A DNA stretch of 64,000 nucleotides from Dictyostelium discoideum (GCA_000004695.1 CM000151.3:5472001-5536000); one strand, 5' to 3'; counted from the stretch's first letter, positions 1 to 17,764 are shown. Translations and numbers: made by a program. The notes: generated from the sequence alone by a model not told the origin.

Positions 1-1595
1 CTATTATTATTATTATTATTATTATTAATTGTACTTGATAAATTATTATTATTATTTGGGTTATTATTATTTGGGCTATTATTATTTGGATTATTATTAT
101 TTGGATTATTTTTATTAAATCTTAAATTTAAAATTCTTTGATTATAGATATCTGAATATCTTTTTAAAGGTTCAGTAAATTCACTATAGTAAGGAAAGTG
201 TTGATATTTCTCTTTTTTAATTTTAAATGATTCCAAATTTCCTGAAACTTGATTTAAAATATAATTTAAAAAAAGTTCTTCATTAGTATTACAATTAATA
301 CTAAGATTTTGATTTGATTTGAATGATTGAACCAATTTAAATAGATCAGTTTCTTTAAATAAATTTGATTGAACTAAACTATTTGAAACTTTATAAATTA
401 AACCTTCGATTCCCCATTCAGCCAATGTACAAGTAACAATGAAATTTGCCAACATTAATACCTCTTGAATTAAATTTGATACTGATTCATTTGGTAATTG
501 AGGTTGTTTAACTTTAATTGGAACATTTAAGATTGTATTAAATTCAAAAGATACAAATTGATTATTTGAATTTATAATTAAATTTTTTGAAAGGACATGA
601 TTCTTGAATACCAATAAACTAGTTTCAATATCAGATTGTTGAAATTTACTATCTTGGTCAATTTCAAGTTTATCATCGATTGGTAAACCTTTAAAAATAT
701 TTTGAACTTGTGAATAAGAAAGATTAGTCGTTGATTTAATAATTGACTTATGGATACGTCTTGAAACTGATTCACCAATATGATTTAAACCACCAAAACT
801 CCATTCAACTGTAAAACATTTTCTTTCTTTACCAGGTGACAATGATAAGTTTTGAGTAATAAATTCTTGATCAATGATATCAACTCTATCAATACCACCA
901 AAATCAATTGAAATACCATTCATACAAGCAATTTTATCCAATGTTGATCCAATTTCAATAAAACTTGTGCAATCAAGAAAATGAACAAAAATTGTAACTT
1001 TACCATCCAAACTCTTTTTAAATGAAAATGCATATGAAATATTATTATTATTATCCTGTTCAATTGTAAAACATAATAAATCTCTTAAATCTTCATAATC
1101 TTCATTATTATCAAAAAAAACAATTGATTTATTTGATAATGAATTTATAATTGTATTGGTTGCTGTATTAGTTGAAGTAGTGGTTGTTGTAGTTGTAGTA
1201 GTAGTAGTGGTGGTGGTGGTGGTGTTTGTTGTGGTAGCTGTTGATAAATTTGAAATTGGCGATAAATTATTTTCAATTTTTATAATTGAAAGTTCTTTTA
1301 AAAACTCATTCGAAATTGCCCAATGATTATTAATTGTACCAATTGGAAATAAAGTTGATGATGACCAAATTGATTCTAATTTAATTTCATAAATGATATT
1401 ACCATTTAACAATGGTAATTTTAAAAGCTGATTATTATCAAATATTAAAACCATTATACATGCGAGTTTACAGTTTGTTGGTTCAAAGAAAAGGAATTGA
1501 TCTTTTCTTTTTAAAAATTTACAACAATAAATTTCTTTGTGTTGACTTTTAATAATTGATATAACTTTACATTCAATTAATTTATTATTATTAGT

Positions 1596-1666
<71 letters not shown>

Positions 1667-3025
1667 GATTATTATTATTATCATTAATTTGTTGATTATT
1701 ATTAATTATTTGATCATTTTGATTTAAATTTTGAGTTCTTTTAATGGTTTCTTTAAAAACTTTATCAAAAATAACTTCATCATGTTGTTGTTGTTGATTA
1801 TTTGTTAAAATTTCAACTGCAACTATATCACCATGAAAGGAACGATTTCTATTAAAATAACCAGTTATATTAAAAATTTTATCTTGAAAATATAAATAAT
1901 TTGGTTTAATGGTTGCATTATTTGGATTATTTTTTTTTATATTAATTTCCCCAACTATAATATTTTTCTTCTATTTAAAAAAAAAAAAATAAAAATAAAG
2001 TCAATAAAAATTTAAAAATTAAAATTTTTAAAAAATAATAAAAAGGTGATAATTACAATTAATGAATTATTAATTTCAAATTCAGAATAATGTTCGAGAT
2101 AATAATTATTATTATTTGAAATTGTTAAAGGTAATAGTGAATTTGAAATTGATACTTGTGAAAGAGATGAAGAATAAGATGATGATGAAGAACAAGTTGA
2201 AGAAGGTGGTGATAACTGTTGATGGCAATTTCCATTGTTACCAAAGAATTTATTATTTTGATTACTATTGAGCGAAGGTGATGATAATCCAAAATTTGGT
2301 TTCTTTGATTTGTTTCTTTCAACCTTTCTATGATCTAATTCAGAGTGTGCAAATGCACACCATCTACCTTTTTTACATGCTTGATTGTTTACATAATCTT
2401 TACAAAATTTAGTTTTATATACCAGTGGATGATACATTACTTCAACATCATTATGAGAGAATCCACACTTTTTTTAAAAAATAAAAAAAAAATAAATAAA
2501 AAAAAAGATTAAAATTTTATTCTTCATATGTTATTTATATTATATAAAAAAATATATAAATTATAATTACATTTTCATTATTGCAAAGAGTTTGACAAAG
2601 ATTATTTGAATAAAGTAGTTTTCCATCGCTATCATATGGTGGTCTTCTACGTTCATCTCTTTTGTGATAAAAGAAACTAATTGGGAAAAAAAAAAAAAAA
2701 AAAAAAAAAAAGTTTAAGCAAAATTCCAAAAATTAAAAAAAAAATAATAAAAAAAAATAAAAAAATATAAGTTTTAATTACCAATCTCTATCTTTTGAGC
2801 ATTTAATAATCCCCAATCTACATTCTTGGGTTTTATAACTATTGATATACTTTGAGTGACATTCTTCAGGTGACATCAATTTAAATGGTTTATTATTGTT
2901 ATTATTTTTATTATTATTATAATTATTAGTGGTAGTATTATTATTATTGTTGTTATTGTCGTTGTTATTGTTGATATTATTTGTATTATTATTAATATTT
3001 GGGATATTAGTGGTAATTTTAAATT

Positions 3026-3029
<4 letters not shown>
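1..3029 (-). CDS. CCCH zinc-finger / DIS3L2-like RNB exoribonuclease. Four exons: 3029..2782, 2676..2571, 2464..2057, 1960..<1. 3' end runs off the window.
   Basis: ATG at 3029..3027 preceded by poly-A. Exon 1 ends ...CSKDRD + tg|GTAATT, phase 2. Exon 2 (AG|t ttc...) completes the Cys codon; exon 3 follows GTAATT...AG. Three CCCH fingers are rebuilt across the splice junctions: C-x6-C-x5-C-x3-H, C-x3-C-x4-C-x3-H, and C-x8-C-x5-C-x3-H (VYKTKFCKDYVNNQACKKGRWCAFAHS, TIS11-like). Exon 4 starts after a 96 bp intron with KKNIIVGEINIKK...RSFHGDIVAVEIL (Dis3 cold-shock-domain signature), then poly-Q, then FFEPTNCKLACIMV. RNB motifs follow: IQEVLMLANFIV (EEFMLLAN-like) and YQHF...TEPLKRYSDI (HFTSPIRRY-like). 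No stop codon before position 1. Confidence 0.7.
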
Positions 3030-3067
<38 letters not shown>

Positions 3068-3542
3068 TACATATAAATATGAATAAAATCAATGAATAGT
3101 ATTTAAAAACTATTTCAATGGTTTATTTCCAAAGAAAAAAATAATAATAATAATAAAAAAGTTTTTTATTTATTAAAAAAAAAAAAATTATTAAAAAATT
3201 AAAAAAAAAAAAATTAATATTTTAGAAAAATTTAATTATTTAAAAAATAATTTAATTTTTACCAATCTAAGTAATTGTTAAAACAATAAAAAACAATTAT
3301 TATCCCAAAAAAGAACCAATTATTAAAAAAAAATAAAAAAATAAAAAATAAATTTATTTTTCATTTTTTTTACGATAAATTGATTAATTCTTCTAATTTT
3401 CAACAATCGATAAATTAAATATTTAAATCAATTTCCATATTTAATCAATTTAAAAATAAAATAAATAAAAAATTTTATTAAAATATAAAAAAAAATAAAA
3501 TAAAATTAAAAAAAAAAAAAAAAAAAAATCGTTTTTTGGTGG

Positions 3543-3577
<35 letters not shown>

Positions 3578-3783
3578 ATAATTGAAACTTTCATACCAAT
3601 CGACAAAAAAAGATATTTTTATAATATAATTTATATATATTATATTATATTTTTATTTTGTTTTTTTTTTTTTTTATTTAAATTTATTTTAAAATTTTAA
3701 AAACAATTATTACATAAAAAGAAAATATAATAAATAAATAAATAAATAAATAAATAAAATAAATAAATAAAATAAATTTAATA

Positions 3784-4722
3784 ATGCGTGTATTTTTATT
3801 TAAAATTGCAAGTAAACAAAGATGGACACTTTATATTGAAAAATCTGAATTCTTCTCAAAGAAAGTTGATATCGAACCTACAATTGTAACAACATCAAGT
3901 AATAATAATAATATAACATTACCAACTCAATCTAAAGGAGTTTTAATATTAAATAAATTAAAGAATATAGCAATTGAATCAAAGAATGAAATTGATAACG
4001 CTCAAGATGGTGTTGGATTAAAAGGGAAATTAAAATCATTATTATCATATTTAGAATCTAAAATCCATCCAGAAGAAGCAGTATTACAACAATTTTCAAA
4101 AATTAATGATAATAATTTAATTAAAAAACATAATCATCATAACCATCATAATCATATTCATCATAATAATAATAATAATAATAATCAAAATGAAACTGTA
4201 AAACACCAATTTGAACATTTTAATGAACAAAGAGATAAAGCTAGTTTTACAATATATTATCCATCAAATATTGGATATAGACGTGCTAATAGATTCTCAC
4301 AAGTATTAATGAGACAAAAGATACGATTCCATCAAAAATGGATGATAATCAATAGTTTATTAATTCCAATTACATTTGCTGCCACAATTTTACCAGGCCC
4401 AAACATTTTCTTAGCCTATAATCTTTATAGATTATATGGTCATTTCCAAGCATTAAAAGGTTGTACCAATCTATCAAGATACACTAAATCACATGGTAGA
4501 TTATTATTTAAACCAAGTTTAGAAATGTTTGAATGTTTAGATGGTGAATTACTACAACAACAACAACAATTTAAACAACAACAACAACAACAACAACAAC
4601 AGCAAGAAGAAGAAGAACAATCAATCGATAATCCAAACTCATATGAAAAATTATCCACAAGATTAAGAATACCAGGTTTATTTGATTATGTAAAAAGAAT
4701 TGAAACTATTGAAAACAAATAA
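3784..4722 (+). CDS. Hypothetical membrane protein with H/N-rich and Q-rich tracts. Hydrophobic segment followed by PGPN...YRLYGHFQALKG, reminiscent of the mitochondrial K+/H+ exchange-related (Ydl183c-like) family.
   Basis: Intact 312-aa ORF. ATG in a poly-A context. Dictyostelium codon bias. One predicted transmembrane stretch, WMIINSLLIPITFAATILPGPNIF. Confidence 0.55.
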   Translation: MRVFLFKIASKQRWTLYIEKSEFFSKKVDIEPTIVTTSSNNNNITLPTQSKGVLILNKLKNIAIESKNEIDNAQDGVGLKGKLKSLLSYLESKIHPEEAVLQQFSKINDNNLIKKHNHHNHHNHIHHNNNNNNNQNETVKHQFEHFNEQRDKASFTIYYPSNIGYRRANRFSQVLMRQKIRFHQKWMIINSLLIPITFAATILPGPNIFLAYNLYRLYGHFQALKGCTNLSRYTKSHGRLLFKPSLEMFECLDGELLQQQQQFKQQQQQQQQQQEEEEQSIDNPNSYEKLSTRLRIPGLFDYVKRIETIENK

Positions 4723-5020
4723 ATAAAAAATAAAATAAAAAAAGTAAAGAATATATAAATTTAAAAATAAATAATAGTTATTATACGATGTATTTTTTTT
4801 TTTTTTTTTTTTTTTTATTATAATTATTCCTAATAATTTTAATCCTTTTTTTTTTCACTTTTTTTTTATTTATTTTTTTTATTGTTTGTTTTAATTTATG
4901 ATATGTTATTACATTGTTATCGAAGTATGTTGGTGGTAATAATATTTTTGAAACGATATCATATGATTTTATTATTATTATTATTATTATTAAATGTTTG
5001 TAATTGATTTTAATTTTTGT

Positions 5021-5302
5021 TTATTTTTTGTATTGTCTGAATCTTTCATCTAAATCTGATTTTCTTTTTTCTTTAATTTTTTGGATATTATCCATTACAT
5101 ATTCTGGTGGATTATTGAATATATCTGTTTCACATCTCCAAGTTTCTGACATTGGAAGTGATGTCCAATATCTAATTGTTGCACCATTTGAAAGGATACA
5201 TCTAGTGAGTTTGGATCTTGGTGAATGCTTTTTAAAATTGGAAATTGATCTAGTGATGTTTCCACTAATATTTTGATTAAATAAACGTATACAACTATTC
5301 AT
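5021..5302 (-). CDS. Small hypothetical protein (93 aa).
   Basis: ORF with A-rich 5' context and plausible codon usage. No recognisable domain. Could be an exon of a larger gene. Confidence 0.35.
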   Translation of the reverse strand: MNSCIRLFNQNISGNITRSISNFKKHSPRSKLTRCILSNGATIRYWTSLPMSETWRCETDIFNNPPEYVMDNIQKIKEKRKSDLDERFRQYKK

Positions 5303-5337
5303 TTCTTTTTTTTAATTGAATATGTAATAAAAAATAA

Positions 5338-5368
<31 letters not shown>

Positions 5369-5526
5369 TCGAAAAAACTAAAAATGAAAAATAAAAAATG
5401 AAAAATAAAAAAAAATAAAATAAAAAAAAAAATATATTGTTTAAAAATTTGGTCATTTCTGACGAAAATTATTTTAATAATAAAAATGGGAACTAAAACA
5501 AATATAAAATTCTTTTATTTTGGTTT

Positions 5527-5566
<40 letters not shown>

Positions 5567-5741
5567 GTACAGATTTTATTTATAAATGGTTAATTAACCT
5601 TTTTTTTTTTTTTTTCATGAAAGGAAATTAAATTCCAAAAATAACTTTATTCTTTCTTTCTATCCTTTTCATTTGTGTCTTTTTTTTTTTTTACTATTTC
5701 TTAATTAAAAAAATTTAAATTTAATTGATAATTTATTGACC

Positions 5742-6109
5742 TTTGAGGATTTGTAAAAGAGCTTTAAAATAAAAATAAATAAAAAAAGAATTAATAATTG
5801 TTATTTATAAAAAAAAAAAAAAAAAGTAATAAAGAAAATAATAAAATATCAAAACTTACTTGAACCAACTACAACAAAAATAATGAAACCCAAAACGTAT
5901 GGATTAATATTTAAACCATCTTCTTTCTTCTTTGGTGAAGCAACACCTCTTTTTTCAATGTTTTCTTGGTATTTTTGTGATTTTTGACGGAGGGTACGAC
6001 TTTGGCTCTGGAATTATTAAATTTAATTAGTATTTTTCTTTTTTTTTCTTTTTAAAACCTTCAAAAAATGATAATAATAAAAATAAAATAAAAAAATAAT
6101 AATTACCAT
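5742..6109 (-). CDS. Stress-associated ER protein SERP/RAMP4 family. Exons 6007..5860 and 5770..5742 are secure. The 5' exon (the ATG at 6109..6107) is uncertain.
   Basis: Exon 2 reads AKSRTLRQKSQKYQENIEKRGVASPKKKEDGLNINPYVLGFIIFVVVGS then a|GTAAGT. Exon 3 after ttttaaAG reads (T)LLQILKGQ*. This matches human RAMP4 (...KNITQRGNVAK...[28 protein letters not shown]). The only upstream ATG (6109) is immediately followed by GTAATT, but joining it to either AG at 6008-6011 is out of frame by 1 nt. Confidence 0.65.
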
Positions 6110-6240
6110 TGTTTTATGTTTTTTGGATATGTGTGGAACTAATTATGTTTGGGGAAAATGAAAAAAATAAAAAAATTAAAAAATTAAAAAATAAATTTAA
6201 AAAAAAAAATGAAAAAAAAAAAAAAAAAAAAAAGGTTGTG

Positions 6241-6279
<39 letters not shown>

Positions 6280-6503
6280 TCAAACCGATTTGGTTTTTTT
6301 CTTTTTTGGTTAAAAATTAAAAATAACCAGAAAATTAATTTTATTAAAAAAGGTTCTTTTAACTTTTTTTTATTTTATAAATTTTTTTTTTTTTTTTTTT
6401 GTGAAACTAATTTTGATGGGATTAATTAAAATAATTGTTTATATTTAGGATAAAATTTTACTTGTGTGTTTAAGCACAAATTTTTTTTTTTGTATACAAA
6501 AAA

Positions 6504-6542
<39 letters not shown>

Positions 6543-6793
6543 TGTAATAATTATAATAATAATAAAATAATAGTTCTAAAATAATAATAAAAATAAAAAA
6601 ATAAAATTAAAAAGTAATAAAAAAATAACTAAGATTTTTTCGCCTTTTTTTTTTGTATAAAAAAAAAATTAGGTCTACTTATTGGGTTTAATATATCTAT
6701 TTTAAATTAAAATAATTATTTTGGATGAATATTAAAAATAAAAAAAATATATAATAATATTGAATTTTTAAGAAATTTTTTTCTTTTCTATTT

Positions 6794-6826
<33 letters not shown>

Positions 6827-6949
6827 TTTTTATTTTTTATTTTTTTATTTTTTTTATTTTTTTTTTTAATTTTAAATTAAAACCACCACAACAAAAAAAA
6901 TATATAACAATAATAAATAAGTGTTCTCATACACTTACAAAACATAAAA

Positions 6950-7053
6950 ATGAATAATAATAATAATTTTAATAGTAATTTTAATAGTAATAGAATTAGT
7001 TCTACTCAGCCATATTTATCAGATGATGCAAGGTAAATATTTATAAAATTAGG

Positions 7054-7102
<49 letters not shown>

Positions 7103-7561
7103 GAATTATTAAATTCCTATAGATTCTAAGTACTTTTTTTTTTATTTAAAAAATAATAATAAATAAATAATAATAATAATTATAGAAATGCACTTTTTGA
7201 AGGTAAAGATAGGAAATGGGGTAATAATAATAATAATAACTATGATACACTTTCAAATCAAGATGTATTTGAAAAACAAAAAAGAGATATGGAAGAACAA
7301 GATAAAATGTTAGATGCATTATCAGGTAGTATAAGTAGAGTAAAAGATACAGCAATTACAATTAATAAAACAGCACAAGAACAAACTGACATGTTGGACG
7401 AATTAGATGTTCATGTCGATTCAACATCTGCAAGAATGAGGAATACAACTAAAAATTTAATTACATTAACTCAACAATCTAAAACAACTGGTTATTGTTC
7501 TGCCATTTGTTTTTTACTTTTAGTTTTATTGGTTATCATAATTCTAGCATCTGTATTATAA
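6950..7561 (+). CDS. Qc-SNARE (syntaxin-6/8-like t-SNARE) with a C-terminal transmembrane anchor. Two exons: 6950..7032, 7186..7561.
   Basis: Exon 1 is MNNNNNFNSNFNSNRISSTQPYLSDDA + ag|GTAAAT. Acceptor is tatAG at 7184-7185. Exon 2 carries a SNARE heptad region with the central Q (ITINKTAQEQTDMLDELDVHVDSTSARMRNTTKNL) and the TM segment GYCSAICFLLLVLLVIIILASVL. Confidence 0.7.
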
Positions 7562-8067
7562 ATAATTTTTAATTTAATAAATAAAATAACAAAAAATATA
7601 TTTTTTTTTCAAAAAAAAAAAAAAAAAAAAAAAAAGAAGGCAACAATAACCCAGTAATTTGGATATTATAAATAATAATAGTAATAAATAATAATAAGAG
7701 AAATAAAAAAAAAAAAAAAAGAAATATTTCAAGAGAAATAGATTTTTTTTAATTATTTAAATTCCAACAGAAAATAAGAAAATCTTTTTTAAAAAAAAAA
7801 AGAATAATCAATAAGGTTTTTTTAATTTTAATCAAAATTTAAAGGTAATTCTTCCTATTATAAATATATTTTTAAACTCTTTTATTCATTAAAGTCATAA
7901 TTTTTTTTTTACATTATTAAATTTTTGTTTTTTTTTTTTTTTTACTGTTTTATTATTTTTTTTTTCTTAGTTTTTTTTTATAGTTTTTATAGTTTTTATA
8001 TCTTATATCTTTTTTTTTTTTTTAAAAAAAAAATAAACACCTATATTATATAATTGAAAGAATAAAT

Positions 8068-8423
8068 TTAGTGGTGACCATGACCATGTGAGTGGGAACC
8101 TGGGTTTCTGATAGCTTGAACTTTTTTCCAATAGTATGAGTTGGCTTTGTTTTCCTCTGTTTTATTATTATTCATTATTATTATTATTATTATTATTATA
8201 ATTAATATTATTATTATATTTTAAAAGTTAGTAAATGTGATAGTAATATTTTTATCGTTTTTGTTTTTTAGTTTTTTTTTTTATTTTTAAAAAAAAAATA
8301 TTTACCAGTAATACCCATATGAACTTTAGTAATGATGAGAGCCCAAGCACCTGCACCAACTAAAAATGGCCAGTAGATTTTACCTTGTTGAGCAAGAAAT
8401 TGGGAGAATGGTTGAACTTTCAT
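8068..8423 (-). CDS. Small single-pass membrane protein (~69 aa). Possibly a small respiratory-chain subunit of the QCR9/ATP synthase small-subunit type. Two exons: 8423..8306, 8156..8068.
   Basis: MKVQPFSQFLAQQGKIYWPFLVGAGAWALIITKVHMGIT + g|GTAAAT. After the acceptor acAG: EENKANSYYWKKVQAIRNPGSHSHGHGHH*. The NSYYWKKVQAI stretch resembles QCR9 SWYENHNKGKLWKDVKARI. Confidence 0.45.
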
Positions 8424-9572
8424 TGTTTATGTATGTGTTGAGAAATGTGTGTAAAAAATAAAAAAAAAAATGATTGTTTTTGAAAATTTTCAAAAAAAAA
8501 AAAAAAAAAAAAAAAATTAAAAAATTAAAAAATAAAAAAAAATAAAATAAAATTTTTTTTTTAAAAAAAAATACATTTCGAATTTCTCTATTTGTTCAAA
8601 AGAAGATTTTATTTCAATATAAAAATCAATAAAATATCAAATTGATAAATGGATTAAGGGGTTATAGAAATTTTTATCATTTTGGGTAATTATTTTAGAA
8701 TGTTTCAATAAATTTTTTTTTTTAAAAAAAAATAAAAATAAAAATAAAATAAAAGAAAAAAAAAAATAAAATAAAAAAAATAAAAGAAAAAAAAAAATAA
8801 AATAAAATAAAAGAAAAAAAAAAAAAAAAAAATTTTGTAGATCACAAAAGATTTTTTAAATCTTAATTAAAAAAAAGAAATTCATACCAAAATTTTTAAC
8901 ATTATTTTTATTTTTTTTTTTATTTACTTTTTTTTTTTTTTGTTTTTATTATTTTTTTTTTAAACTTTTTATTTTTTATTTTTTTTTATTTTTAGTATTC
9001 TTTTTTTAATTTGGGTTCATATGCATAATTCAAAAGAAATTTAATGTGTTGAATTTTAGATATATCACAATTACAATAAAATTTTAAAGTTTCCTTTAAA
9101 AGAAGTGTGTGTGGTGTTTGTGGGTTTTTTTTTTTTCTTTTACTATTGTTTATTTTTTTTTTTAAATTTAGGGTTTCAATTTCATTAAAAAAAAAAAAAA
9201 AAAAAAAACCACAACACTCTAAGTTTAAGAAAAAAAAAAAAAAATTATTTATTTATTTTTTATTTTTAAAAAAAAAAAAAAAAAAAAAGAATATTAATAA
9301 CTTTTTTTTTTTTATTATTTTTTTCTTTTATTTTAAAAATTATTCAGTATACAACCAAAAAAAAACAAATAAAATAAAATAAAAAATGTAGGTTTAATAT
9401 CTGTTTTAATCTTAATTTTTTTTTTTTCTAAATAATAAATTTTATTATTTTTTTTAAAATGATCAAGAATAAACTTAAATAAATTGGTTGGAATGAAATT
9501 TTAATTTAATATTTTTAAAACAATAAAATTTTTTTTTTTTATACCATAATAAATATTTTCACACACAACATT

Positions 9573-9610
<38 letters not shown>

Positions 9611-9814
9611 ATTATTTTTTTATTTAATTTTTTTTGTTTTTTTTTTTTTTAATTTTTTTTTTTTTTTATTTTTTTTAATTTTAAAAAATTCACAATTGTG
9701 TGTGTTATATATAATAAATATTTAAATATTAAATAATAAAAATAATAAATAAATTAAAATAAATCAAGGTAAATTGACTCTTTTTTTTTTTTTCAATTTT
9801 TAACCTTTTTACAA

Positions 9815-9851
<37 letters not shown>

Positions 9852-10190
9852 TTAAAGTTATTTTTAAATATATTTATTTTTCCACATAAATACCAATAAC
9901 AAGCAAGCCCAAAGTGCCACAATCTTTTTTTTTTTTTTTTATATATTATTTTTATTTTTAAAATTAATTTTTTTTTTTTTTATTTTATATTTTTTTAATT
10001 TTTATACAACACTCAAATATATCATTTTATTAATAAAATAATTTTCTTTTAAAAATTATTTATAGTTTTTTTTTTTTTTTTTTTAATCCTTTTTTATCCA
10101 TTTTAATAAAATTTTTTTCTAAAAAGAATAGTTTTAATACATTTTGGTTTATTTTTTTAAAAAAAAATAAATTTCTAAGTTAAAGAAAAA

Positions 10191-10567
10191 ATGATGATGA
10201 CATTAACTGATCAAGAAACAGAGATTATTAAAGAAACATGTAAAGTTGATAAACCTGTTAAATTAATAGAATTATCACAGGCACCAAGAATATATAGAAT
10301 TCCAGGATTTTTAACGGATGAAGAATGTGAATTTTTAATAGATACATCCAAGAATAAACTTAGACCATGCAATGAAATATCATCTGGTGTACATAGAAGT
10401 GGTTGGGGTTTGTTCATGAAAGAAGGTGAAGAAGATCATCAAATCACTAAAAATATATTTAATAAAATGAAATCTTTTGTAAATATTTCAGAAAGTTGTG
10501 AAGTTATGCAAGTTATTAGGTAAATATTTTAAAATATATTTTAAATTAATTTTAATTATTAATAATA

Positions 10568-10599
<32 letters not shown>

Positions 10600-10952
10600 A
10601 TTTTTTAAAAATTAGATATAATCAAGGTGAAGAAACATCATCACATTTTGATTATTTTAATCCATTAACAACAAATGGATCAATGAAAATTGGATTATAT
10701 GGGCAACGTGTTTGTACTATTTTAATGTATTTATGTGATGTTGAAGAGGGTGGTGAAACAACATTTCCAGAGGTTGGAATTAAAGTTAAACCAATTAAAG
10801 GTGATGCTGTTTTATTTTATAATTGTAAACCAAATGGTGATGTTGATCCACTTTCACTTCATCAAGGTGATCCTGTACTTAAAGGTAATAAATGGGTTGC
10901 TATCAAATTAATTAATCAAAAAAGTAAGGAAACTGGAACACCAACTCAATAA
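10191..10952 (+). CDS. Prolyl 4-hydroxylase alpha-like 2OG-Fe(II) dioxygenase. Two exons: 10191..10519, 10616..10952.
   Basis: Exon 1 reads ...RIPGFLTDEECEFLID... (P4H N-terminal motif). Donor is ag|GTAAAT, acceptor is aattAG. Exon 2 has H-x-D (SSHFDYFNP), a distal His (SLHQGDPVLKGNKW) and VAIKLI, the 2OG oxygenase facial triad and substrate-binding motif. Confidence 0.7.
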
Positions 10953-11234
10953 ATATTTAGATTTTTTTTTAAATTAGTGATAACATTTTAAAATAAAAAA
11001 AAAAAAAAAAAATAAAATTAATTATTAATAATAATAATAATAATAATTAATTAATTAAAAAATAGAAAATAAAAATAAAAATATTAAACAATAATAATTC
11101 AATTATATAATTAATTTTGTAATTTTTTTTATTTTATTTTATTTTTTTTTTTTTAAATATTTTTTTTTTTTTTTATTTATTTATTTATTTGTTTTTTTTT
11201 TTTTTTTTTTAAATATATTATTATTATTATTTAT

Positions 11235-16130
<4,896 letters not shown>

Positions 16131-16650
16131 TATATATTTAATATACAGTGAATGAGTATTTTATTTTGAAAAAAAAAAAAAAAAAAAAAAAAAAAAGGTT
16201 TTAAAAAATAAAAAAAAAAGAAATCAATTAAAAAACAAAAAAAAATGAAAATTTTTCAAAAAATTCATTAATATTTTTTTATTTATTTATTTTATAGAAT
16301 AATGTTTTTAAATAAAGATAAAAAAGGTTATTATTTTAAAAAATTGAATTTTTTTTTTTTAAAAAAATGATTATTTTTATTTTTTAATTTTATTTTTTTT
16401 TTATTTTTTTTTTATTAAATTCACTTTTTAATTTTTTTTTTTATAGTTTAAAAGATATTTTAATTTTTTTTTATCCAAAAAAAGAAATTTTTCTTTTTTT
16501 TTTTTTTTTTTTTTTTTTTTTGTTTTTTATTTTTATTTATTTTTTTTAAAAATAAACTATTTAAAGAAAATTATATTTTTCTTTTTTTTTTTTTTTTTTT
16601 TTTTTTATTGTTTCTTTAAAAAAAGTAATAATTAAAAAAAAAAAATTAAA

Positions 16651-17135
16651 ATGGAATTAAATAAAAGTGAAATTAAAATGGCAACAAATATTGAGCCATT
16701 AAAAGAACAAGAAAATGAATTAAATGAAAAATTAAAGAAAACCACAATTAGTAAAACTGGAAAAAATAATAAATTGAAAAAAAATGAAAAGAAATTAAAT
16801 AAAAAATATAAAGGATTAAAATGGAAAAAAACAATTAAAAAGTTTGTAAAAGATTACCCAGATGGTTCAATTCCAGTTGATGATTTAAGAAAAATGGTTA
16901 TCTCTAAACAATTATCAAGAATTGAAAAAGATTTAAAAATCATTTTCAATGAAAAGGTAAAAATAAAAAATAAAAAAAATAAAACTAAATAAAAATTATA
17001 CTAATTATTTAAAATTTTTTTTTTTTTTTTTTTTTTTATTAAACAATTTTTTTATTATAGATTCAAGAACCAACAAAAATGTATGCACTTGTTGGTCATG
17101 AAGTAAAAAGATTACAATTTTTCCCAAAACAATAA
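16651..17135 (+). CDS. Lysine-rich small protein, possibly nucleolar. Two exons: 16651..16956, 17061..17135.
   Basis: Exon 1 ends FNEK|GTAAAAAT. Acceptor is ttattatAG (17059-17060). Exon 2 reads IQEPTKMYALVGHEVKRLQFFPKQ*. Confidence 0.5.
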
Positions 17136-17206
17136 AAAAATAAAAAATAAAAAAACAAACTTTTCAATTCTTAATTTTTTTAAAATATATAGTATCATTA
17201 TTATTA

Positions 17207-17417
<211 letters not shown>

Positions 17418-17641
17418 TTAATTAGTTATTTGATTAATTTTCATTAAGGAAATAAAAAAAATTAATATTTTATTTATGAATTTTAATTTTGAAAATGCAA
17501 GCAATTATTTTGATTTTGAAAATACAAGTATTATTATAATAAAACTTGTATTTTAAAATAAAAAAAAGTAATTATTATTTTTGTTTAGATTTAAAAACAG
17601 ATTTAATGCATTGAATTTAGAATTTTTAATGTTTAAATATA

Positions 17642-17652
17642 GAATCGAACCT
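17642..17652 (-). promoter_or_regulatory. External B-box-like element (aGGTTCGATTC) about 30 bp downstream of the tRNA 3' end.
   Basis: Dictyostelium tRNA genes commonly carry an ex-B box (GGTTCGAATCC-like) downstream. This copy matches 10 of 11 positions. Confidence 0.4.
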
Positions 17653-17683
17653 GTATTTTATTGAAAATTCAATAAAAACCTGT

Positions 17684-17764
17684 TGTTGGCGGCGAGATTC
17701 GAACTCGCGAAGCCGAAGCATAAGAACTTGAGTCTTACCCATTTGACCACTCTGGTACGCCAAC
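17684..17764 (-). tRNA. tRNA-Leu(CAA), class II with a long variable arm.
   Basis: Minus-strand read: GTTGGCG TA CCAGAGTGGTCAAATGGG TAAGA CTCAAGT TCTTA TGCTTCGGCTTC GCGAG TTCGAAT CTCGC CGCCAAC A. The 7-bp acceptor stem pairs perfectly. Anticodon loop is cuCAAgu. T-arm is GCGAG/CTCGC with a TTCGAAT loop. No encoded CCA. Confidence 0.85.

Noticed and set aside
9107-9382. ORF of 91 aa in the intergenic region.
   Set aside because: It is composed of poly-F/poly-K from homopolymer A/T runs, has no ATG context, and is pure low complexity.
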